From the NCBI GenBank assembly GCA_019358935.1, contig JAHHIK010000145.1, positions 1 to 16,972 on the forward strand: DNA of 16,972 nucleotides, read 5' to 3'. The stretch is from Tolypothrix carrinoi HA7290-LM1 (GTDB taxonomy: Bacteria > Cyanobacteriota > Cyanobacteriia > Cyanobacteriales > Nostocaceae). The translations under genes and the position numbers were made by a program. This document shows, one piece after another, positions 7,361 through 15,207 of this stretch (its first letter is position 1; each line of letters begins with the position of its first letter). Below the pieces are notes generated by a model. That model was not told the DNA's origin. It ran no database searches and saw only the letters and a list, made by a program, of their open reading frames with translations.

Positions 7361-8566
7361 ATGCAAAAATGGCTGTCTGTAGTCGGAATTGGTGAAGATG
7401 GAGTTTTGGGGTTAAATTCGGTTGCACGCAGCTTGGTGGAGCAAGCAGAGGTGTTAGTCGGAGGCGATCGCCATCTCTCTATGCTCCCCAAAAGCGACCA
7501 TCGCGAAAAGCTAATTTGGGCTTCACCCCTAAATGATACTATAAAAGAAATTATCTCTCGTCGTGGAAAATCGATTTGTGTTCTCGCTAGTGGCGATCCG
7601 ATGTGTTTTGGCGTTGGGGTAACGCTACTACGACGAATTCCGATTGCAGAGATGACGATTATTCCTAGTCCCTCAGCCTTCAGTCTTGCTTGCGCTCGTT
7701 TGGGATGGTCGTTAACAGAAGTGGACACTTTAAGTTTAGCAGGGCGCGATCCTTCTTTATTACATCCGGTAATTTATCCAAAAGCGCGTCTCCTCATCCT
7801 CAGTGAAGGCAGAAAAACCCCCGCTATTGTCGCCGAAATGTTGGTAAAACGCGGCTTTGGTAAAAGCCAAATTACAGTTTTAGAACGCATGGGAGGAACT
7901 CACGAACGCATCGTTAAGGGTATCGCTGCATCTTGGAATATCACTGAACTTGCCGATTTAAATACGATTGCTGTTGAATGTATTGCAGATTCTTCAGTTG
8001 TACTGCTTCCCCGCACTCCCGGATTACCAGATACAGCATATCATCACGACGGACAACTTACCAAACATGAAGTTAGGGCAATTACCTTAGCTGCACTTGC
8101 ACCCATACCGGGACAATTACTGTGGGATGTAGGTGCGGGTTGTGGTTCGATTGGCATTGAATGGATGCGGAGTGATTATCGTTGTCGAGCGATCGCCATC
8201 GAACAAAATCCATCACGATTGCGATACATTACCGATAATGCCGCTGCTCTGGGTACACCAAATTTGTGTATAATTCCAGGTGAGGCTCCTGCTGCACTTC
8301 AAGATTTAGAAGCACCCGATGCCATATTTATTGGGGGTGGTGCTACAGCAGATGGAATATTTGATATTTGTTGGCGATCGCTAAAATCTGGTGGACGCTT
8401 GGTTGCCAATGCAGTAACTGTCGAGAGCGAACAAAAGCTGCTGCAATGGCACAATCAAGTAGGTGGGACATTAACACGCATCGCAATTCAACGAGCGGAA
8501 CCTGTCGGTAAATTTTTGGGTTGGAAAGCGATGGCGCCTGTAACGCAGTGGGTAGTAGTGAAGTAA
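7361..8566 (+). CDS. cbiET: Bifunctional precorrin-6Y C5,15-methyltransferase (decarboxylating), CbiE-CbiT fusion (CobL)
   Basis: VVGIGEDG, LASGDPM.FGVG, GLPD..Y.HDGQLTK.EVRA, WDVGAGCGSI (SAM-binding), PDAIFIGGG, GGRLVANAVT. Confidence 0.95.
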   Translation: MQKWLSVVGIGEDGVLGLNSVARSLVEQAEVLVGGDRHLSMLPKSDHREKLIWASPLNDTIKEIISRRGKSICVLASGDPMCFGVGVTLLRRIPIAEMTIIPSPSAFSLACARLGWSLTEVDTLSLAGRDPSLLHPVIYPKARLLILSEGRKTPAIVAEMLVKRGFGKSQITVLERMGGTHERIVKGIAASWNITELADLNTIAVECIADSSVVLLPRTPGLPDTAYHHDGQLTKHEVRAITLAALAPIPGQLLWDVGAGCGSIGIEWMRSDYRCRAIAIEQNPSRLRYITDNAAALGTPNLCIIPGEAPAALQDLEAPDAIFIGGGATADGIFDICWRSLKSGGRLVANAVTVESEQKLLQWHNQVGGTLTRIAIQRAEPVGKFLGWKAMAPVTQWVVVK

Positions 8567-8603
8567 CTCTATTACTATAGACACAAGCAAACATCCCCGT
8601 TAT

Positions 8604-8828
8604 ATGAACTACCACGACATCATCACAATTGAACCTGGTAAACGCAGCGGTAAACCCTGCATTCGAGGAATGCGAATCACAGTGTACGATATTTTAGAAT
8701 ATCTTGCTAGCGGCATGAGCGAAGAAGAGATTTTGTCAGACTTTTCTGAACTCACCTCAGAAGACATCAAAGCTTGTCTTGCTTTTGCCGCAGATCGCGA
8801 GAAAAAGTTATTCGTGGCATCTCTGTGA
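8604..8828 (+). CDS. DUF433 family antitoxin
   Basis: ITIEPGKRSGKPCIRGMRITVYDILEYLASGMSEEEIL.DF.EL..EDI.ACLAFAA is the canonical DUF433 pattern. Confidence 0.93.
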   Translation: MNYHDIITIEPGKRSGKPCIRGMRITVYDILEYLASGMSEEEILSDFSELTSEDIKACLAFAADREKKLFVASL

Positions 8829-9116
8829 AACTGCTTTTGGACGAAAACCTCTCTGATAGAATCATTTCCCAGATTGTGGATCTGTATCCGAATTCAGTAC
8901 ACCTTAAAACATTGGCACTCATCCATAGTGAGGATGTAATAATTTGGGAATATGCCGGCATCGAATGATTTCATAATCGTTTCTAAAGACTCTGATTTCC
9001 ATCAACGTAGTCTTCTCTACGGTCATCCTCCGAAATTCATCTATCTCCGCATCGGCAATTGTCCAATCACCACAATTGTACAAATATTGCGGAATAAAAT
9101 ATCCAGCCATATATAG
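8825..9116 (+). pseudogene. DUF5615 family PIN-like toxin, frameshifted and probably 3'-truncated
   Basis: GTGA overlap with the DUF433 stop. MKLLLDENLS...DVIIWEYA, a shift near 8958-8965, then NDFIIVSKDSDFHQRSLLYGHPPKFIYLRIGNCPITTIVQILRN and a short tail KISSHI*. Confidence 0.85.
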
Positions 9117-9119
9117 CTA

Positions 9120-9229
9120 GTTTCAATCCTCACCTCCACCGGGAGGGTGTTTCAACCCCTTCTTAGGCAGAATAGAGCCAAAAGAGGATAAGGTTTCAAT
9201 CCTCACCCCCACTGGGAGGGTGTTTCAAC
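9120..9229 (-). CRISPR. Orphan CRISPR mini-array: two 37-bp repeats and one 36-bp spacer
   Basis: Repeats 9120-9156 and 9193-9229 are 35/37 identical. The minus strand reads GTTGAAACACCCTCCCAGTGGGGGTGAGGATTGAAAC, with an internal hairpin and an ATTGAAAC end. Spacer 9157-9192. No cas gene in the window. Confidence 0.78.
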
Positions 9230-9340
9230 CCCTCGGCATCAATCACCTTCGCTATAAGCCTTTATCTTGTTACCTGTGAGGCAACCAAGGTTAAGTTGTT
9301 GCTAGACTGCTTGAGATAGTTGGCTAAAGAGCAAAAATCG

Positions 9341-9922
9341 ATGAAGAGTATTTGCGTCTACTGCGGCTCCAATTTTGGCGATCGCAATACTTATGTTGAG
9401 GCTGCACAAGGTCTAGGTATTGAGATGGCAAAGCGTGGAATTACCCTTGTTTATGGTGGGGGGAATGTAGGTCTAATGGGGGCTGTAGCTGATTCTGTGC
9501 TTGCTGCTGGTGGAAAAGTGATTGGAGTAATTCCGCAAGCCTTAGTTGATAAGGAGGTTGCACACACTGGATTAAGCGATCTTCGAGTTGTTGGATCAAT
9601 GCACGAGCGTAAATCGCTAATGGCTGATCTGGCTGATGCATTTATTGCGCTACCAGGTGGATTAGGAACATTAGAGGAATTTTGCGAAGTTGCAACCTGG
9701 ACTCAACTTGGATTTCATAGAAAAGCTTGTGGACTCTTGAACATTGAGGGGTTTTATAACGGGCTGCTTTCTTTTCTCAACCACGCGACGGAACAGAGGT
9801 TTATCCGCCCTGAACACAGAAGCATTGTTTTAGCAGGGGAAGAACCGGTGGAATTAATTGAAAAGTTGAGTCAATTTGAAGTCCCTACCGTGCATAAGTG
9901 GATTGACCGCGATCGCCAGTAG
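9341..9922 (+). CDS. LOG family (TIGR00730-type) nucleotide phosphoribohydrolase
   Basis: ICVYCGS, LVYGGG.VGLMG, MHERK, PGGLGTLEE. ATG 9341 is preferred over the TTG at 9320. Confidence 0.93.
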   Translation: MKSICVYCGSNFGDRNTYVEAAQGLGIEMAKRGITLVYGGGNVGLMGAVADSVLAAGGKVIGVIPQALVDKEVAHTGLSDLRVVGSMHERKSLMADLADAFIALPGGLGTLEEFCEVATWTQLGFHRKACGLLNIEGFYNGLLSFLNHATEQRFIRPEHRSIVLAGEEPVELIEKLSQFEVPTVHKWIDRDRQ

Positions 9923-10164
9923 CGTAGTCATTGCGAGCAGCACAACAACGCCCGTGAGTAGCAATGGAACAGGAATGTACGCGCTTGCCGAAGATACTTA
10001 CTGTACTAGAGTTTGAGCCGTCGCTCTCAAATCTGTTTATTCCTGTGATAATTACGCCATCATAAGTCAGTTTGGGAACACAGAGCAACAGAGTATTTTG
10101 GTACTGGTTTGAAGAGCGATCGCACCCTAAGCTGTGAGGCTTTTCATTTTCTCATTCAGGCAGA

Positions 10165-10306
10165 GAGGGACAGGGGGGGATGGGGAGACAAGGAGACAAG
10201 GAGAGGGGGAGACAAGGAGAAAATTCACCTCATCCCCTTGTCCCCTTGTCCCCCTTGTCCCCCACTTCCCCACTCCCCCCCTCCCCCCCTCCCCCACTCC
10301 CCCCCA
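10165..10306. repeat. STRR cluster in inverted arrangement (GGAGACAA / CCCCTTGT / CCCCACT units)
   Basis: A G-rich arm followed by a C-rich arm of 7-9-nt units, typical of heterocystous cyanobacteria. Confidence 0.9.
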
Positions 10307-10453
10307 TTCTTCCAACCCTAGCCGAAACAGAATTGGAAATGGCTGAAACTGAAAGTTACACTAGATTAAGAAAACAGTGACTTCAATTCTTGCTAAAAGA
10401 ACAGACATAAAACTAGCGCTCAAGTATGTAGCAGCAGACAAAGGGTAATTATT

Positions 10454-12343
10454 ATGACAAATTTTCACAAAAAGGCATTGAGCAAACAGCACTCGTCAAA
10501 GCGGATTGCATTGACAGGAGCGCTAGCAGCCAGTTTAATCATGTTGCCGGGAATTTTCAGCAGTACTCCTGCATTGGCGCAAAAAGTAGAGCGCGAAACT
10601 CTAACTTATGGTAAATTACTAGAGAAAACTGAGAAAAAGCAAGTCCAAAAAGTAGAACTTGACGAAAGCGAACAAATTGCCAGGGTTTATCTTAAAGGGC
10701 AACCGGCAGATACACCACCACAACAGGTAAGGCTTTTGGAGAATAATACAGAGTTAATTGACAAGCTCAAAGAGAATAAAGTTGAGTTTGGGGAGGTTTC
10801 CTCTGCTAATAGTAGAGCAGCTGTTGGGCTTTTGATTAATTTAATGTGGATTTTGCCACTGCTGGCGTTAATGTTATTGTTTTTGCGTCGCTCGACTAAT
10901 GCCTCTAGCCAAGCGATGAACTTCGGCAAATCTAAAGCGCGTTTTCAAATGGAGGCAAAAACAGGAGTAACATTTAACGATGTTGCAGGCATCGAAGAAG
11001 CTAAAGAAGAACTGCAAGAAGTCGTTACCTTCCTCAAACAACCGGAAAAGTTTACCGCAGTCGGTGCCCGCATTCCCAAAGGAGTGCTGTTAGTCGGACC
11101 TCCGGGAACTGGTAAAACTTTACTCGCAAAAGCGATCGCCGGAGAAGCCGGTGTACCATTCTTCAGCATTTCCGGTTCGGAATTTGTGGAAATGTTCGTT
11201 GGTGTCGGTGCATCCCGCGTGCGCGATTTGTTCAAGAAAGCTAAAGATAATGCCCCTTGCTTAATATTTATCGATGAAATCGACGCTGTAGGCAGACAAA
11301 GAGGTGCAGGTATCGGTGGTGGTAACGATGAGAGAGAACAAACCCTGAACCAACTGCTTACTGAGATGGATGGTTTTGAAGGTAACACCGGCATTATTAT
11401 TATTGCTGCCACAAACCGCCCGGATGTACTCGATGCAGCATTATTGCGTCCGGGACGCTTTGATAGGCAGGTAATAGTTGATGCACCGGATATGAAAGGG
11501 CGATTGGAAATTTTGCAAGTCCACTCGCGGAATAAAAAAGTTGATAAGAGTGTATCATTAGAAGCGATCGCTCGCCGCACTCCTGGATTCACCGGCGCTG
11601 ATTTAGCCAACTTACTCAACGAAGCCGCAATTCTCACCGCCAGACGCCGCAAAGAATCTATCACCCTTTTAGAAATAGATGATGCTGTTGACCGCGTAGT
11701 TGCTGGGATGGAAGGTACACCCTTAGTAGACAGCAAAAGTAAGCGCTTAATTGCTTACCATGAAGTCGGACACGCTTTAGTCGGCACATTACTCAAAGAG
11801 CATGACCCAGTGCAAAAAGTCACCCTCATCCCACGAGGACAAGCACAAGGTTTAACTTGGTTTACTCCCAACGAAGAACAAGGCTTAATTTCTCGTTCTC
11901 AACTACTAGCCAGAATTACCTCAACTTTAGCAGGTCGCGCCGCTGAAGAAATTGTTTTCGGCAAACCAGAAGTAACCACCGGTGCCGGAGATGACCTGCA
12001 AAAAGTTTCTGGGATGGCACGGCAAATGGTGACACGTTTCGGCATGTCTGACTTAGGTTTACTTTCTTTAGAAAATCAAAGTTCAGAGGTATTTTTAGGA
12101 CGTGACTGGATGAACAAATCAGATTATTCTGAAGAAATTGCCGCCAAAATTGATTCGCAAGTGCGGGAAATTATCAGCCATTGCTACATCAAATCAAAAG
12201 AACTTTTGCAAGAAAACCGCACAGCAATGGAGCGACTGGTAGATTTATTGTCAGACCAAGAGACAATTGAGGGAGATTTATTCCGCAAAATTGTTGGGGA
12301 ATATACTCAGCTACCCGAGCCAACATTAGTTGTGTCTCAATAG
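10454..12343 (+). CDS. ftsH: ATP-dependent zinc metalloprotease FtsH
   Basis: Two N-terminal hydrophobic segments, Walker A GPPGTGKT, Walker [30 protein letters not shown], Zn motif HEVGH. Confidence 0.98.
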   Translation: MTNFHKKALSKQHSSKRIALTGALAASLIMLPGIFSSTPALAQKVERETLTYGKLLEKTEKKQVQKVELDESEQIARVYLKGQPADTPPQQVRLLENNTELIDKLKENKVEFGEVSSANSRAAVGLLINLMWILPLLALMLLFLRRSTNASSQAMNFGKSKARFQMEAKTGVTFNDVAGIEEAKEELQEVVTFLKQPEKFTAVGARIPKGVLLVGPPGTGKTLLAKAIAGEAGVPFFSISGSEFVEMFVGVGASRVRDLFKKAKDNAPCLIFIDEIDAVGRQRGAGIGGGNDEREQTLNQLLTEMDGFEGNTGIIIIAATNRPDVLDAALLRPGRFDRQVIVDAPDMKGRLEILQVHSRNKKVDKSVSLEAIARRTPGFTGADLANLLNEAAILTARRRKESITLLEIDDAVDRVVAGMEGTPLVDSKSKRLIAYHEVGHALVGTLLKEHDPVQKVTLIPRGQAQGLTWFTPNEEQGLISRSQLLARITSTLAGRAAEEIVFGKPEVTTGAGDDLQKVSGMARQMVTRFGMSDLGLLSLENQSSEVFLGRDWMNKSDYSEEIAAKIDSQVREIISHCYIKSKELLQENRTAMERLVDLLSDQETIEGDLFRKIVGEYTQLPEPTLVVSQ

Positions 12344-12349
12344 ATATTT

Positions 12350-12418
12350 GGGGGTAGGGTGTGGAAAAGGGGGTGGGGTGTAGGTTGTGGCTCCCCCACA
12401 CCCTACCCCCTACACCCT
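12350..12418. repeat. STRR-type inverted repeat after ftsH, probable terminator or mRNA-stabilising hairpin
   Basis: GGGGGTAGGGTGTGG (12350-12364) is the exact reverse complement of CCACACCCTACCCCC (12396-12410). Confidence 0.8.
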
Positions 12419-12958
12419 CTTCATCACAATACTGGCAATTTTTTTCCACATAATCCCAAAACTGCATAAATTGATTTTTCTTACACCTATTAAAAATATA
12501 GAAGGAAAGCGCGTAGGAGTGCTTAACTTCTGTTGGGCAAATCAAGTAAGGCTTTATGCACACAATCAAAGCAAGTAAATGCGTAAATCCTAAATATTAT
12601 TCGCAAGCGCGAAGATTAAATAACTTGAAATTTAACCACTCGTTTGCTTGTGTCAGCTATAAACTAGCGGTATTTTGCTTTTGAAATGTTTCAATTGATA
12701 ATCGGTCATATACCTAAATCATGTAAATTTACTTAAATTTCATACTTGAGACGTAGATATATTACTATCATAGATAGAAATATCTAAAAAAAAGTAAACT
12801 AGCGTGATTAGCATTTAGCATGTATTTTTTAGACACACATAATTAGATTTATGTCAATCACCTGATAGATGTAATTTGTGGAGAGCAAATCTTAGCTATT
12901 GGAATGTACAAAGTCGTACTGGATCGCTATTTTTAAATCCATAACAAAGGAAAAAATC

Positions 12959-13405
12959 ATGTCTATTAGAGGTGCAGGAAAACTTTTCCAGACCAGAGAA
13001 CCAGATTTTGAGGCAGAGGTTGCTAAAATTGCGGCTTCAGTTTTCCCAAATACTCAGTTTCAATTATTATTTCAAACAATTGGAAGTGGTCATGCGGCTT
13101 TAGTTCTCCCAAAAGCTCAGTTTCAATTGTTATCTGAAAAAATTGGCAGTGATAATTTATGTATAACTTTTAAAACAAAACACTTTTCCGAAAATTTTAA
13201 GTTGAGATTTTTTCCCAAAATAAGAACTCTGACTTTATCAGGGTACTACGACCAAGGAATGGCTCACTTAATTTATATTCCGGATAATAATTATAATTGG
13301 TTAAATGGTAGAGGATATGAAATAACTTCTCCTGATTCTATTGGAGAAAAGTTTGAACTTTTAGCAAATAAGCTTTACCCATTTTTGCAAGAATTTTATT
13401 TTTAA
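12959..13405 (+). CDS. AT-rich hypothetical protein (148 aa) with an internal 21-aa tandem duplication
   Basis: AAGGA before ATG 12959 (preferred over TTG 12899); open frame; no recognisable family. Confidence 0.6.
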   Translation: MSIRGAGKLFQTREPDFEAEVAKIAASVFPNTQFQLLFQTIGSGHAALVLPKAQFQLLSEKIGSDNLCITFKTKHFSENFKLRFFPKIRTLTLSGYYDQGMAHLIYIPDNNYNWLNGRGYEITSPDSIGEKFELLANKLYPFLQEFYF

Positions 13406-13409
13406 TAAC

Positions 13410-13551
13410 TAATTATGAAGCTTCATAATTCATAATTAAAAAAATGGGTAAAGCGGAGTTCCTGTATTAATGAAGCTCAAACTATTTAAGTGGAGAGTTC
13501 AAGCTGACACTGATTTCAATTATGAACTATTAATTATTAATTATGAATTAC
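13410..13551. repeat. AT-rich heptamer repeats (TCATAAT / ATTATGA) in inverted orientation around a unique core
   Basis: TAATTATGAAGCTTCATAATT palindrome plus CATAATTAA on the left; AATTATGAA...TTAATTATGAATTA on the right. Confidence 0.55.
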
Positions 13552-13688
13552 ATTGACACTTTCCGTGAAGACAGCAGTGGGGAGTGTCAATTAATCTTAC
13601 CAATATACCAAATCAGCCCAAAGGCGGTTGACTTTCTGCTAAAAATAGCTTAAATGGTTGATTTAGCTTTGCAGAATTGACAAAACCC

Positions 13689-14075
13689 ATGCTGACTGAT
13701 ATATTGCCTTTCAGAATTGAGTTAGACATGATCGCGATCGCCGGCACAAGTTTGTGGTCTTTGGCGCTATATTTAGGTTTTTCCCCAGTCAGTGAGTGGG
13801 TAATTCTGCTTCTTAATCGCTGGTTTAACTTTGCCGAGCGATCGCTCTACATGAGCAAATCAGAATTTGAAAAGACTCGTCAAGCAAGAGAATCCCAAAA
13901 CGCCTTTTACGCCTCGCTTTTCAGTATAGTGCCATTTCTAATTTTTGGCGGATTATGCAACTGGGGCGTAGAACTAGGCTTAGGTCGCAGTTGGTCAATC
14001 AGCATGGGTATACTTGCCTGTATGGGTTCCGGCGTTTATGAACTAGGACGCAGAGATGGTAAGTCCTCTGAGTAG
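13689..14075 (+). CDS. Conserved cyanobacterial hypothetical membrane protein
   Basis: Three hydrophobic helices, ARESQNAFYAS and YELGRRDG motifs, two HIP1 sites (native-like). ATG 13689 is preferred over TTG 13677. Confidence 0.8.
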   Translation: MLTDILPFRIELDMIAIAGTSLWSLALYLGFSPVSEWVILLLNRWFNFAERSLYMSKSEFEKTRQARESQNAFYASLFSIVPFLIFGGLCNWGVELGLGRSWSISMGILACMGSGVYELGRRDGKSSE

Positions 14076-14254
14076 CGAATATGACTAAACTCAGGCAGAT
14101 TGTCAGCAGTTTCCAGGCTTTGGTAGTATTTAAAATGTCAAAGCAAAAATAACTTGAACACTTTTAAAGCGGAAACTGAGGCTTACAGCCTGTTTGAGAT
14201 TAAATTTGTCCAACTTATTTTTGCGAGATGCTTAAAAATCAAACAAGATAAATC

Positions 14255-15190
14255 ATGACAGAAAATTTTATTCTCAGGAAGTCGATTGGCGAAGAGGAAT
14301 TACTTACACTTCTTCCAAAAGCAGAAAACATTGACTACTGGCTTGCGCTCAACCCAAACTCTACTATTTCCGATCAACCTTTTCAAAGCTTTTCAAAGTT
14401 GTCCGCAGTCAAAAAAGAGGAACTTGACGACTACGCATTGCAGCTGCGAGAGGAGGGCTATTTTCAAACTTCTGAGCTAATACCTACTGCCACTATCCAA
14501 GAGATGCGATCTTGTATAGAAAACGTGAAAAAGGCTGGTTTTCCGCCAACATTTGCCCTCGTTTACGATGTCTTTTATCAAGCATTTAGCCACTTTGATT
14601 CGATTTTTACAGGAATTCTGGGAGCAAACTACAAGCTGATACCAAATTTCTGGGTCTACTACATAGAAACAAATGACGATGGCAAAGGATTTGAGCCTCA
14701 TCGGGACGCAGAGTATGAGAATACCATAGGTCCCGATGGAATGCCCACAGTGATTACCTTCTGGATAACAATCACTGAGGCAACTCCCCTGAATTCATGT
14801 ATGTATATGCTACCCGCCAACCGCGATCCTCAGTATGCTGATGCCATCAAAAATCTGAAAACGAAAGCAACTCAATTTGCCTTGGAGGACATCAGAGCAT
14901 TGCCGACAAAAGCAGGTACTATCTCATGCTGGAATCAATACGTTTTTCATTGGGGAAGTCGCAGTAGCAAACATGCCAAGTCGCCGCGAATTAGCTATGC
15001 GGCTTATTGTCAACGAGCGGATATTCCACCTGTTGACGATAAAGTGATTGATATCCCATCAGTGCTTGACTTCCAAACTCGACTATCGCTGATTTGTAGA
15101 GGTTTGTATCGCTACTCTTACGTAAACTTTGAGCAATCAAACCAAGCTTCAACAATATTAGATTTTCTCAAAAAGCATATGGCAACTTAG
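14255..15190 (+). CDS. Phytanoyl-CoA dioxygenase (PhyH)-like Fe(II)/2-oxoglutarate oxygenase
   Basis: LREEGY, HxD (PHRD), ITFWI.I.EAT..NSC, distal His in FHWGS, and Arg in PRIS. Confidence 0.8.
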   Translation: MTENFILRKSIGEEELLTLLPKAENIDYWLALNPNSTISDQPFQSFSKLSAVKKEELDDYALQLREEGYFQTSELIPTATIQEMRSCIENVKKAGFPPTFALVYDVFYQAFSHFDSIFTGILGANYKLIPNFWVYYIETNDDGKGFEPHRDAEYENTIGPDGMPTVITFWITITEATPLNSCMYMLPANRDPQYADAIKNLKTKATQFALEDIRALPTKAGTISCWNQYVFHWGSRSSKHAKSPRISYAAYCQRADIPPVDDKVIDIPSVLDFQTRLSLICRGLYRYSYVNFEQSNQASTILDFLKKHMAT

Positions 15191-15207
15191 AAAATAATTC
15201 CTATTAG

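Noticed and set aside
9341..9922. LOG gene as a SLOG-type defence component beside the TA pair and CRISPR
   Set aside because: It is a canonical stand-alone LOG with no fused or adjacent effector.
9940..10090. attC-like start (GCACAACAACGCC) after LOG, suggesting an integron cassette
   Set aside because: No complementary GTT core arm was found downstream at a suitable distance.
10109..10380. Four overlapping short ORFs
   Set aside because: They are stop-free by-products of the STRR repeats.
10687..11736. Antisense ORFs (80 and 263 aa) within ftsH
   Set aside because: Shadow frames of a highly conserved gene.
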